Part shown: piece after piece, positions 10,901 through 20,684 of the stretch
Layout of the letters: each line of letters opens with the position of its first letter
How positions within the stretch are numbered: the stretch's first letter is position 1
Origin: a bacterium
GTDB lineage: Bacteria; Zhuqueibacterota; Zhuqueibacteria; Residuimicrobiales; Krinioviventaceae
Assembly (NCBI GenBank): GCA_963674595.2
Contig: CAXXFV010000020.1
Span: forward strand, 1 to 64,000
DNA length: 64,000 nt
Direction: 5' to 3'
Made by a program: the position numbers and the translations under genes
Notes under the pieces: generated by a model
The model's input: only the letters and a program-made list of their open reading frames with translations
Database searches by the model: none
Told to the model about the DNA's origin: nothing

Positions 10901-11650
10901 ATGAGAACATACTTGTTAGTTCTTATAATTACTATCGTTGGGGTTGGTAACGCCTTTAGTCAGGGAAGTGACCTGGCTATTCATATGTTTGGCATTGGAT
11001 CTTTTCCCACTGCTGATTATGGTAAAGATATTGCCGACGATACCAAACTAACCCGAAGGTACGGTTTCAATATTGGCGAGAATATCGGTCTTGCTGATTT
11101 TGGGTATGGTGTTGGTGCTGAACTCGTGACACCTGTTGGCATTCGTGGACTACAATGGATATTTAGTGCCAAGGCTATTATAAACGGAACTAATACAGAA
11201 TCTATTCAATCCGACTTTCGTTCGGAGCTTGGAGACTCTGTCGATTTAACTCTGGATTATGGTCAGTGGCTAAATTTTCCTGTTATGACCGGTTTCAGGT
11301 TTGATCATCTGTTTACTCATACTTATACAGTTTATGGCATATTGCAAGCGGGTCTTAATTTTTCTAAAATGCCGTCACGAAAAGCGATGGTCGGTGATTT
11401 AACAGTAGAAGACGCTTCATTTGAATTTGCCCGGGATTATGGTTTTGAATGCGGCATAGGTTTACTGTTAAATCAAAGATATAATTTTGGTTTGCGATAT
11501 ATGTCCCTGCGAACGACCCGTTATGAAGGGACAAAAAAGATGTCAGAAGTTATTTTTCCGGAAATTTTTTCTCGGGAGATGGCCATACTTGGAGAAAAAC
11601 GTACTATATCAATGCTATATATAACATTTGGAATTCAACTTTTTAAATAG
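10901..11650 (+). CDS. Outer-membrane beta-barrel protein
   Basis: Signal peptide, alternating Gly/aromatic strands (FPVMTGFRF, YGFECGIG), C-terminal FGIQLFK. Confidence 0.65.
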   Translation: MRTYLLVLIITIVGVGNAFSQGSDLAIHMFGIGSFPTADYGKDIADDTKLTRRYGFNIGENIGLADFGYGVGAELVTPVGIRGLQWIFSAKAIINGTNTESIQSDFRSELGDSVDLTLDYGQWLNFPVMTGFRFDHLFTHTYTVYGILQAGLNFSKMPSRKAMVGDLTVEDASFEFARDYGFECGIGLLLNQRYNFGLRYMSLRTTRYEGTKKMSEVIFPEIFSREMAILGEKRTISMLYITFGIQLFK

Positions 11651-11663
11651 GATACAGATATTA

Positions 11664-12668
11664 ATGCGAAAATGGATGTTGTTGCTTTTGGGTGTATTTA
11701 TTTTTACAGGTTGTGAACATCAAGATCAAGTTTCAAAAATTGTTTTTTTATCCAACAGAGAATCCCCAAAGGGGCAATTTGATATTTTTTTGATGGACCC
11801 TGATGGAAGTAATCAAACCAACCTGACAAAAGAGTTGGAGACAGTACGCAGCATTTCCCGCCCGCAGCTTTCTCCGGACGGGTCAAAAATTTTGTTTGTT
11901 GGTTTTGAAAAAAGCAAGTCTCTGTGTCTGCTTGATATTGTTGATAAATCGGTCACTCCTCTGGTAACCCTGGAAACCGATTCACCCCAGGCTTCTTTTT
12001 CACCCAAAAAGGATGAAATTCTCTATATTGACAAACTCGCCGGTAAAAAACAGATATATATTGTCAATATTAAGGATAAAAAGAAAAGGCTGCTTTCAGA
12101 TGGCAGCGCAGAAGATTTTGATCCGGCTTTTTCGCCGGATGGTAAAAAAATTGCTTTTATCAGAAAAACCGGTAATAATTCATCCATTTGGATTATGAAT
12201 CGGCAGGGCGGAGATTTGAAGCAAATTACAAGTTCCGACAGCAAAGACAGGTGCCCCTCATTTTCACCGAATGGCAAAAAAATTGTATTTCAGTCTTTTA
12301 AAAAAAGTAATGATATTTGTCTTGTCACCATTAAAAATAAAAAAATTGAATCGCTCTTTCAAAACAGTGCAAACAATACAAAGCCTGAATTTTCTCCTGA
12401 TGGACCATATATTTTATTTTTATCCACTACCAGGGGGATGAGATATCTTGATGTTTTTAGTTACAATCTTGAAACAAAATCGGTTAAAGTTGCGTCGAAT
12501 AATATCAATTTTATTAATCAGAATCCTGCCTTTACACCGGATGGTAAAAGAATTGTCTTTGAATCGGTTGCGTTTGATGATTCAGAGATATATATCGTTA
12601 ATGCGAATGGTGAAAAGCTTGAAAATTTAACCAATTCTAAAAAGTGGGATTGCAGTCCTTCTTTTTAA
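11664..12668 (+). CDS. PD40/TolB-like beta-propeller lipoprotein
   Basis: Lipobox FTGC; about seven PxFSPDG(K)xIxF repeats. Confidence 0.9.
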   Translation: MRKWMLLLLGVFIFTGCEHQDQVSKIVFLSNRESPKGQFDIFLMDPDGSNQTNLTKELETVRSISRPQLSPDGSKILFVGFEKSKSLCLLDIVDKSVTPLVTLETDSPQASFSPKKDEILYIDKLAGKKQIYIVNIKDKKKRLLSDGSAEDFDPAFSPDGKKIAFIRKTGNNSSIWIMNRQGGDLKQITSSDSKDRCPSFSPNGKKIVFQSFKKSNDICLVTIKNKKIESLFQNSANNTKPEFSPDGPYILFLSTTRGMRYLDVFSYNLETKSVKVASNNINFINQNPAFTPDGKRIVFESVAFDDSEIYIVNANGEKLENLTNSKKWDCSPSF

Positions 12669-12676
12669 ATACAAGA

Positions 12677-13507
12677 TTATCTAAAGATTTTTATATTTTC
12701 CTTTAATTCAATCGGTAAATTTATTTTTCCAAAGGGGCTGTCAATCGCCGTATTGGCTTTAAAACCGCATGTCATATCCTTGCCATTGATAATATTTTTC
12801 AGAGAAGACGTCAGTTCTGAAAAGCTGATTTTTATCGGCAAAACAATTTCACTGCTGCCTTTTTTCTCAAATGAAATGGCTTTTTCAGTAATACCGGAAA
12901 TAACCTGACTTTCTGCTAAATTTATTTCGTAATTAAACTTTCCAAGATTAAATGAAAAGTTGTTGGGGTTCTGGATGTTTAAAGCCAGTTTCATATCCAA
13001 ACCACCGAGTCCGAATTTTTCGACTTTTAAATTTGCAAGGCTTATTTTAGGTATTCTTACATTTGGAAGGTGTCCGGATTTTTTAAAGGGGATATTAAAT
13101 TCAGACAACAAGCCGGCGGGTTTGATGCTGCCGCTGATTGTATATGATAAACTGTCATTGTCTTTACTTTGTTTTTTTAAATTATAAATGTCCTGAAAGT
13201 TGAGTGTTAGGGGTAAATTAATCGTTCCTGTTCCCTCTTTTTCAAGATTTATCGGACTGTTTTGTTCGCCTTTTAATAGTTCAAAATCGTCGACAAAAAA
13301 TTGATAAGTAAAGCTGCTTAATTTTACAGAAAAGGCATTTGGATTGTTGACGAGGAAACCAAAGTTAAGGGTAATGTCATTAAATGAAATATCTGAGATA
13401 TTAACGGATTCTATTTTTGCTTTTGGTGGTTGAACAAGTTTGGAAACCTGGGCGCACCCTAAAATGGATAGTAAACCAAGCAGCATACATATTTTTAATA
13501 ATTTCAT
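12677..13507 (-). CDS. Tandem LEA_2 (WHy) domain lipoprotein
   Basis: Lipobox ILGC; two copies of VxNPNxF (VNNPNAF, IQNPNNF). Confidence 0.88.
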   Translation of the reverse strand: MKLLKICMLLGLLSILGCAQVSKLVQPPKAKIESVNISDISFNDITLNFGFLVNNPNAFSVKLSSFTYQFFVDDFELLKGEQNSPINLEKEGTGTINLPLTLNFQDIYNLKKQSKDNDSLSYTISGSIKPAGLLSEFNIPFKKSGHLPNVRIPKISLANLKVEKFGLGGLDMKLALNIQNPNNFSFNLGKFNYEINLAESQVISGITEKAISFEKKGSSEIVLPIKISFSELTSSLKNIINGKDMTCGFKANTAIDSPFGKINLPIELKENIKIFR

Positions 13508-13636
13508 CTTGGACCTCTTTATTCTAGTGATTGTTTTACTAAAGTATTAATAAATCAATTATAATAAAAGTAGAATTTGGTTTTTTTGTTTGCGATTAAT
13601 AAAAAAATGTATAAATTCTAATTACATATATATTCG

Positions 13637-13650
13637 TGAATATTTATTCA
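13637..13650. promoter_or_regulatory. Candidate SorC/DeoR-family operator
   Basis: Palindrome TGAATA-TT-TATTCA (TGAA-N6-TTCA) about 20 nt upstream of the G1PDH start. Confidence 0.5.
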
Positions 13651-13669
13651 TAATAATGGTGAGCTATTA

Positions 13670-15028
13670 ATGTCTGATGTAAACTATACAATAGAAATGG
13701 CGCTGAAACATGCGCAAACAACAAAAAAAGTTTTTATTGCTGATGATGCCGTTGATTCTACAGCACAAATTTTTACTGATTTTTTCCCTAATAAAAGCGC
13801 TGTAGTTATTGCTGATGTAAATACTTTTCCGGCAGCGGGGAAAAAAGTATATGACGTCCTTTGTGCTGCTTCTGTTTCGGTCAAAGAACCCTTTGTTTTT
13901 GATCAGAAATATTTATCCGCTGATTATCATGCTGTTGAGCAACTCACGCAATTTTTAAAAACAAACCAGGCAGTGCCGATTGCTGTGGGCTCGGGTACTA
14001 TAAATGATGTGGTTAAATTAGCTTCCTATCAATGTGGCCGTTCCTATATTTGTGTGCCCACGGCGGCATCGGTTGATGGTTATACCGCTTTTGGCGCTTC
14101 AATTTCCAAAGATGGATTCAAACAAACATTTTTTTGTCCTGCTCCGCCGGTTATAATCGCTGATTTGACGGTCTTGTCTCATGCTCCGGTGGTGATGAAT
14201 GCTGCCGGATATGCAGATTTACTGGCTAAAAATCCGGCCGGTGCTGATTGGATACTTGCTGATGCTTTGCAAATTGAACCCATAGACAACCTGGCCTGGA
14301 ATTATGTTCAATCATCTTTGCCGGAATGGACAGCAAATCCTCATAGAGTTGTTCAGGGAGACAAGTCTGTTTTGTTTAAACAGGTTGAAGGTTTAATGAT
14401 GAGCGGACTGGCTATGCAAAGAACAAATTCTTCACGACCGGCATCGGGAGCAGATCATCAGTTTAGTCATTTATGGGATGATGAAAAACATACTTTTAAC
14501 AATAAACCTATTTTCCATGGCTTTAAAGTGGCTGTCGGTTCTTTGGCGTCTGTGGCCCTTTATGACAGGTTGTTAAACCAAACTGTTCCACAATTACGTT
14601 CTGCCTTTCAAAACTTTAAGGAACAATGGCCTGAATTTGACATTATTCTTGCTGAAATAGGGAACGAATTTAAAGATCCCACAGTTCTAAATATGACGAT
14701 CCAACAGAGCAGGGAAAAATATATTTCAAAGGAGGATTTGGAAAAAAGGATAAACACATTTATTGATAATTTTCCTGATATACAAAAAAGTCTAAAACAG
14801 CACCTTTTAACTGTTGAGGATTATAAGAAAAAATTACAAATAGTGCAGGCGCCAAGTCATCCCGAAGATATCGGAATATCCTTGGCTCGGTTGCATCATT
14901 CCTACAGAAAAGCCTGGATGATCCGAAAGCGGTTTACAATTTTAGATATGGTCTATCAGGCAGGTTTATGGTCCGATTGTGTGGATGGATTATTTCGTCC
15001 CGGTGGTTTTTGGTATTTTAAAAATTAA
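13670..15028 (+). CDS. egsA: sn-glycerol-1-phosphate dehydrogenase (AraM/EgsA family)
   Basis: AVGSGTINDVVK, PTAASVDG, AGYADLLAK, SRPASGADHQFSH and FHGFKV metal/NAD motifs. Confidence 0.88.
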   Translation: MSDVNYTIEMALKHAQTTKKVFIADDAVDSTAQIFTDFFPNKSAVVIADVNTFPAAGKKVYDVLCAASVSVKEPFVFDQKYLSADYHAVEQLTQFLKTNQAVPIAVGSGTINDVVKLASYQCGRSYICVPTAASVDGYTAFGASISKDGFKQTFFCPAPPVIIADLTVLSHAPVVMNAAGYADLLAKNPAGADWILADALQIEPIDNLAWNYVQSSLPEWTANPHRVVQGDKSVLFKQVEGLMMSGLAMQRTNSSRPASGADHQFSHLWDDEKHTFNNKPIFHGFKVAVGSLASVALYDRLLNQTVPQLRSAFQNFKEQWPEFDIILAEIGNEFKDPTVLNMTIQQSREKYISKEDLEKRINTFIDNFPDIQKSLKQHLLTVEDYKKKLQIVQAPSHPEDIGISLARLHHSYRKAWMIRKRFTILDMVYQAGLWSDCVDGLFRPGGFWYFKN

Positions 15029-15043
15029 TTTTTGGGGTATGAT

Positions 15044-15991
15044 ATGAAAAATAATTTTGATTATCAATTATTGCACATGGTTGCTTCGTTGTATTATAAC
15101 GAAAATGTCGGTCAGGTCGAAATTGCCGAGATGACAGGCGTTTCACAAGCCAAAGTATCGAGACTTTTAGCTGCTGCACGAGAAAGAGGAATTATTCAGA
15201 TTCATGTTGAACCCTTTCAGCCCAGGAATGAAATTTTAGAAAATAATTTGTTAAACCGTTTTTCATTAAAAAAAGCGGTTGTTATAAATGTAAATTCAGC
15301 ACAAAGTAAAAGTCAGAAACAAAAAACAGTTGCACATTACGCTTGTCCTGAGATAGAATCCTTATTCAAAAAGAATAATATAATTTGTATATCAGCCGGA
15401 CGGCAATTAAGTTATTTGGTTGATAAAATTGATTTTCAAAACAATTTACCGGGTGGTCATGTTCTTCAGACAATGGGGAATGTTGATACTGACATACAAA
15501 AATATGATGCAATAGAACTGGGAAGAAAGCTGGCGCTTAAAACAAGTGCAAGATTTCTCAGTTTGCCAAGCCCTGCAATTGCTTCTGATATTAATTCTTA
15601 CCAGGTTTTTATTAATCACGAACAAATAAAAAATGTATTAAACGAAATGGACCATGCCGATTTGGCCCTGGTTGGAATTGGTGTTTTGGATGATTCTGTC
15701 TTTGTTGAAAGAGGTTTTCTGGGATCAAAAGAAATTAAAGAATTAAAACAAGCAGGTGTGATTGGTGAAATTTGTGGCCGGTTTTTCGATGCAAATGGAA
15801 AAGAATGTGAAACCGAATATAAAAACAGGGTTATCAGTATTCAGTTTGACCAGCTTGGGAAAATACCCCTGGTAGCTGCTATGGTTTGTGGTGAAAAACG
15901 TAGCAATGCTGTCAAGGCTGCTATTAAGGGTGGATTGATTAATTGTTTAATAACAGATAATGCAACGGCTGCTGCCTTGTTAAAAGATTAA
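15044..15991 (+). CDS. SorC/DeoR-family sugar-binding transcriptional regulator
   Basis: VASLYY..QVEIAEMTGVSQAKVSRLLAAARERGII HTH; ALVGIG, GEICGRFFDANG, LITD. Confidence 0.93.
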   Translation: MKNNFDYQLLHMVASLYYNENVGQVEIAEMTGVSQAKVSRLLAAARERGIIQIHVEPFQPRNEILENNLLNRFSLKKAVVINVNSAQSKSQKQKTVAHYACPEIESLFKKNNIICISAGRQLSYLVDKIDFQNNLPGGHVLQTMGNVDTDIQKYDAIELGRKLALKTSARFLSLPSPAIASDINSYQVFINHEQIKNVLNEMDHADLALVGIGVLDDSVFVERGFLGSKEIKELKQAGVIGEICGRFFDANGKECETEYKNRVISIQFDQLGKIPLVAAMVCGEKRSNAVKAAIKGGLINCLITDNATAAALLKD

Positions 15992-16008
15992 GAAAATTGG
16001 GATGTCTT

Positions 16009-17289
16009 ATGAATGTTTTTTCCTTTTTGAGCCCGTCTGTTCCAAAGCAACCGCTGAATCAAAATGACAATAATATTTCACAAACGTACAAATACTGGCG
16101 ATTTCGTATTCTCTATTCAACCATGATAGGCTATGCCCTGTTTTATTTTGTTCGAAAAAATATTTCGTTGGCTATGCCGGTTATGGAAACGGACTTGGGC
16201 ATTTCCAAAACGGAATTGGGGCTTTTTTTAACGCTGCATGGTATTCTTTATGGTGTTTCCAAATTTGTAAACGGATTTTTAGGGGACCATTTAAATCCCA
16301 GATATTTTATGTCACTGGGATTGTTATTATCTGCTTTAATGAGTCTGTTTTTTGGGTTAAGCAGCACTGTTATTGCTTTTGGTATCTTTTGGCTGTTGAA
16401 TGGATGGTTTCAGGGAATGGGCTTTCCGCCCTGTGCTCATAGTTTAACAAGCTGGTTTCACCCCAGTGAACGGGGAAGAAAGTTTTCCATTTGGAACACA
16501 TCACATTCAATCGGCGCCGGGTTGGTTTTGTTGCTGAATAGTTTTTTGGTATTGTATAACTGGCGGTATTGCTTTATTGTGCCTGCTTTTATAGCGATTC
16601 TGGGAGCTTTCTTTTTATTAAATAGATTAAGAGATACACCGGAATCTTTGGGTTTACCGCCGGTCAAAGGTGAAAAAACCTTTGAAGAAAGAAATTTTAA
16701 ATCATTTTTATTAAAAAATGTCTTTTCGAATCCGGCTATTTGGATTATTAGTTTGGCCAATTTTTTCCTCTATACGGTACGATATGCCATTTTGGATTGG
16801 GGCCCTACATTTTTAACGGAAATGAAGGGGACCGAATTGCAGCACGCCGGTTGGATCGTTGCCGGCTATGAAGCAATGGGCATTGCCGGTATGCTTGTTA
16901 GCGGCTGGATGATGGATAAGGTGTTCAAGGGCCATGGCGGCCGTGCGTGCAGCATTTATATGTTTGCCTGCACCATTTGTATTTTATTGTTTTGGAAGCT
17001 GCCGGTTCAGTCTGCCGGTTTGAATGCTTTACTTTTATGCGCAATTGGATTTTTTATTTACGGTCCTCAATGTCTCGTAGGTGTTATAGCTGCCAACTTG
17101 GCAACGAAACGCGCCGCCGCCACAGCCATTGGTCTGACGGGTTTGTTCGGTTATTTAAGCGGAATTCTTTCGGGATGGGGACTTGGGCTTGCCGTTGAAA
17201 AATCGGGTTGGGATGCCGGTTTTCTTATTCTTGTTCTTTCAGGTTTACTGGCAACGATTTTGTTTACGCTTGTGTGGAAGGCAAAATAA
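16009..17289 (+). CDS. GlpT/UhpC-type organophosphate:Pi antiporter (MFS, OPA family)
   Basis: GYALFYFVRKN, NGWFQGMGFPP, ERG..SIWNTSHSIG, RDTPESLGLPP, GFFIYGPQ. Confidence 0.92.
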   Translation: MNVFSFLSPSVPKQPLNQNDNNISQTYKYWRFRILYSTMIGYALFYFVRKNISLAMPVMETDLGISKTELGLFLTLHGILYGVSKFVNGFLGDHLNPRYFMSLGLLLSALMSLFFGLSSTVIAFGIFWLLNGWFQGMGFPPCAHSLTSWFHPSERGRKFSIWNTSHSIGAGLVLLLNSFLVLYNWRYCFIVPAFIAILGAFFLLNRLRDTPESLGLPPVKGEKTFEERNFKSFLLKNVFSNPAIWIISLANFFLYTVRYAILDWGPTFLTEMKGTELQHAGWIVAGYEAMGIAGMLVSGWMMDKVFKGHGGRACSIYMFACTICILLFWKLPVQSAGLNALLLCAIGFFIYGPQCLVGVIAANLATKRAAATAIGLTGLFGYLSGILSGWGLGLAVEKSGWDAGFLILVLSGLLATILFTLVWKAK

Positions 17290-17309
17290 AAGATTTGTGG
17301 AACAAAAAA

Positions 17310-17369
17310 ATCCCAAAGCCAATCTGATAACTTGGAATGGGGTTATGCAGGATTGATCGACTTTGGGAT
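17310..17369. terminator. Long bulged hairpin between convergent genes
   Basis: ATCCCAAAG..CAATC..ATAAC pairs with GTTAT..GATTG..CTTTGGGAT, flanked by an A-run and TATTTT. Confidence 0.55.
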
Positions 17370-17381
17370 ATTTATAAAATG

Positions 17382-18203
17382 TTAATCCTCTTTCTTTACA
17401 TAAAAACTGTTTTGCTCATAATTAAACGCACAAAATACACCTAATCCGTTGTTGACGTTTGTAAGTGGTTCATTCAAATCTCGAGAGTCCTGAATGCGGG
17501 AAAAGTATAAATCCGCATATTCTTGGTTTACACGATAGACTCTTAAAACATGTTGACCATAACAGGATATTTGGCTTCTGCTTATATTATACTCATTAGA
17601 GGGTGTTGGAGAAGACATAAATCCTCTCATCATATTCATACCTCTAAAGCCGGTATCCGTGTCAACGCTGTCAGGGTTTTCCTCAATGTTTTCAATATAA
17701 ACATAAAACAAGGCATCTTCTTGTTTCCAGGAAACAAATATTGTTTTCGACGAATCCTCTTCTGAAAAATTAGGAAATGTCATTTCCTCAGAAATATATA
17801 ATGTGTCTGACGACATGGTCACATTTTGTGGCTTTAAAGGAACTGTTGTTTGTGCAGAAATAAACTCGTTATTATATTCTATTTCCAGGGTAAAAACATC
17901 ACCTGCTTCCACGCTCAAATCCTCTGAAGGGTATTGGTAATAGCCACTATCACCGGCACTTGGACTAAGCTGAAATGTTTGGTCATTTTTTAAAAGTAGA
18001 ACAATCGCGTCATTTACTGGAGGCATATTATCATCATCACTGCCGAGTGAAAGAGATTCAGAAAGTTTTATTTCCTGTACTTTTTCTCCTTCAAAAATAT
18101 ACGCTTGGACTACCAGCGATACTTTTTCCGGTTCAAGTGTATTTTCTGTTGAACAATTAGTCAATATTGATAAAAACGATAAAAGAAAAATTAAATATTT
18201 CAT
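17382..18203 (-). CDS. DUF4249-like lipoprotein
   Basis: Lipobox LTNC; LVVQAYI; C-terminal TNVNNGLGVF; directly downstream of a TonB receptor. Confidence 0.75.
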   Translation of the reverse strand: MKYLIFLLSFLSILTNCSTENTLEPEKVSLVVQAYIFEGEKVQEIKLSESLSLGSDDDNMPPVNDAIVLLLKNDQTFQLSPSAGDSGYYQYPSEDLSVEAGDVFTLEIEYNNEFISAQTTVPLKPQNVTMSSDTLYISEEMTFPNFSEEDSSKTIFVSWKQEDALFYVYIENIEENPDSVDTDTGFRGMNMMRGFMSSPTPSNEYNISRSQISCYGQHVLRVYRVNQEYADLYFSRIQDSRDLNEPLTNVNNGLGVFCAFNYEQNSFYVKKED

Positions 18204-18214
18204 TTCTATTTTCC

Positions 18215-20641
18215 TTATTTTAAGTCCATTTGTATATAAATTGTTGGTGTTAAGCCCAAAAAGTTAACGTCTGTAATTGTAATTGGTAGTGTATCCAGGT
18301 TATAATCTTTATACCATACATTTTTGCGATTATAGACATTGAAAATACTAAGGCCAATTTCCGTTTTCCATTTAGCTGATTCAAATTTTCTTGAAGCGCT
18401 TAAATCCAATCGGTGATAGGCAGGTAATCGGTTTGCGTTTTTATCACTGACATGAATATAGCTGAATGAATCCCCGTTTAACAAGTCAATACTGTATTGG
18501 CTTTCCGGTGCGGTGTATGCATTGCCGGATGCATACACCCATGTTGCTGCAAAAGTATAGACGCCGAGTGTATATTTTGTAACAAAGTTAATTTCATGAC
18601 GTCTGTCCTGCTCAGCAGGGAATTCAAGTCCGTTGTTGATTTCTGGAAAGTGATAATCCACTTTTCCCAATGTATAGCCTAGCCAGCCAGTTAAAGTTCC
18701 CCGTTTTTTTTGAACAAGAAATTCAATTCCCTTTGCCTTGCCATTACCAACAAAAAAGTTTTCGATCGTACTTCTTTTGCTCACATGACGACGAGAAAAT
18801 TCAATAATATCATTTAATTCTTTATAATAACCTTCAATACTAAATACATAGTTAGGGATTTCATAGTATAATCCCAGAATATAGTGTTCTGAAAAACAGG
18901 GTTTTATATCATTATCCGCTAAAAGCCAAAAGTCTCTGGCCCCTTGAGTTACATCCTCATTTGAAATTTGATTGATAAACTGGTAATATTGTCCCCATGC
19001 ACTTTTTAATTTTATTTTTTTTGATATGGGTATTGAAAGTGAAAATCGTGGTTCATAGTATATTTTTTCAGTGTTTTCATAATATGAACTTCGTAAGCCT
19101 AATAATAAATTTGCAGATTTTATATCCCAATTGTCCTGGAGATAGAATGCGGAAAGAGCCGTCTTGTTATCTCTATTAAATATTTGAGTTGTATCATCTC
19201 TAGAAGCGATATATGAATTGTGAAATAGTGAATGGTCCAGCCCAAATCCTAAGCGATGGGAAGATGAAATTTGCCAGTCAGCATCGATTTTAAAACTTGT
19301 ATCTGTAACCGTATTGTCTTCACTTGTTGCGTTTGAAAAAGTATTGCGTTGATTGGAGCTGTCATTTTGCATCGAACTCATTAGGGAGTTTATGTTAGAG
19401 CTTTTGTCATATTCGCTAAAATATTTTGACGCTGCGAATAAAAAGTCTATGTGTAATCTTTCATTCCATTGACGTGCCCACCGGCTGCTGAATCCTAAAT
19501 TTCCCCATTTTGTAAAATCATCTGTTTGTAACGATTCGTTGTTATTAGCAAACTGAAAATTAACATTTGAAAGATCCTGTGATTTGTCGAGGTAATCTTT
19601 ACCAGAATAAAAACTGAACGTTAATATGTCTTTCGGTGAAAGATTTATAGAAAGTTTACTGTTTAGATCGTAAAAGTAAAAACTGGGACGGAAATCGGTT
19701 TGCATCCGGTTACCAAAACCACCACCTCCTCTATTGGCATTGGGCATTCCTGTAGCACCGCCGTTTTCTTCGCCGGTTACCAGCCCGTAAATATCGTCAT
19801 ATAGAGGACTTTGTATGAAATCCGTATATGACCTTCGGCCTGTAATTAAAAATGTGCCATATTTTTTCAGGGGAATTTCAAGTTTGGCATGTGCGCTCAA
19901 TAGATTTGCACCATATCCAAACTGGGTTTTATTTTGGTGACCTGTTTTCCCTGTTAATTTTACGACACTTGATATTCGTCCGCCATATTGTGCCGGAAAT
20001 CCTCCTTTTAAAAGCTGTATGTCTTGAATAGCGTCTGCATTAAAGGCGCTAAAAAAACCAAAAAAATGATCAACGTGATATATTTTCATTCCATCAAATA
20101 AAACCAGGTTTTGATCTGGAGTGCCGCCACGGACATATAATCCTGAGGACCCTTCGTTTACGGCACTTATGCCTGGAAGAAGTTGGAGTGTTCGAAAAAC
20201 ATCGGTTTCTCCTATACTTGGAAGCGAGCTGATCTGTCGTGGAGAAATTTTGATTTGACTGATTTTTTTAGATGTTTCAAGCATTTCTGCATTGGCCGTT
20301 ACTGTTACACCCTGAACGTTTATAACTGTTGGCGCCATTTCAATTTTTAATTCTGTTGTTTGATCGTGTTTAACCTCAACATTTAGAGATATACTTTTAT
20401 ATCCAATATAATGGATATTTACTGTTTGTTCTCCAACCGGTACATTAATTAATATAAAGTAACCCGCATCATTGGTTGTCGTGCCTTTGTTTGTTCCCTT
20501 TAATGATACATTTGCATAGGGTAATGCTTCTCCTGAATCTTTATCCTTGATGTAGCCTTTAATGTTTCCACTTTCAGTGCTACAAAAAACAATTTTCGGG
20601 ACACATAAAAGAAAGAAAAAAGTTAACAACCATTTTTTCAT
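18215..20641 (-). CDS. TonB-dependent receptor
   Basis: GEALPYANV; GETDVFRTLQLLPG; GLYVRGGTPDQNLVLFDG; GGFPAQYGGRISSV; RLPAYHRLD. Confidence 0.93.
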   Translation of the reverse strand: MKKWLLTFFFLLCVPKIVFCSTESGNIKGYIKDKDSGEALPYANVSLKGTNKGTTTNDAGYFILINVPVGEQTVNIHYIGYKSISLNVEVKHDQTTELKIEMAPTVINVQGVTVTANAEMLETSKKISQIKISPRQISSLPSIGETDVFRTLQLLPGISAVNEGSSGLYVRGGTPDQNLVLFDGMKIYHVDHFFGFFSAFNADAIQDIQLLKGGFPAQYGGRISSVVKLTGKTGHQNKTQFGYGANLLSAHAKLEIPLKKYGTFLITGRRSYTDFIQSPLYDDIYGLVTGEENGGATGMPNANRGGGGFGNRMQTDFRPSFYFYDLNSKLSINLSPKDILTFSFYSGKDYLDKSQDLSNVNFQFANNNESLQTDDFTKWGNLGFSSRWARQWNERLHIDFLFAASKYFSEYDKSSNINSLMSSMQNDSSNQRNTFSNATSEDNTVTDTSFKIDADWQISSSHRLGFGLDHSLFHNSYIASRDDTTQIFNRDNKTALSAFYLQDNWDIKSANLLLGLRSSYYENTEKIYYEPRFSLSIPISKKIKLKSAWGQYYQFINQISNEDVTQGARDFWLLADNDIKPCFSEHYILGLYYEIPNYVFSIEGYYKELNDIIEFSRRHVSKRSTIENFFVGNGKAKGIEFLVQKKRGTLTGWLGYTLGKVDYHFPEINNGLEFPAEQDRRHEINFVTKYTLGVYTFAATWVYASGNAYTAPESQYSIDLLNGDSFSYIHVSDKNANRLPAYHRLDLSASRKFESAKWKTEIGLSIFNVYNRKNVWYKDYNLDTLPITITDVNFLGLTPTIYIQMDLK

Positions 20642-20684
20642 AATGCTTTTCCTTTCAAAAAATGAACTTTGATCAAATTATTAA

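Noticed and set aside
11664-12668. tolB of a Tol-Pal system
   Set aside because: No TolB N-terminal domain, it carries a lipobox, and there are no pal/tolQRA neighbours.
13670-15028. Archaeal-type ether lipid biosynthesis
   Set aside because: No GGGP/DGGGP synthase or prenyltransferase nearby; the transporter and repressor context fits catabolism better.
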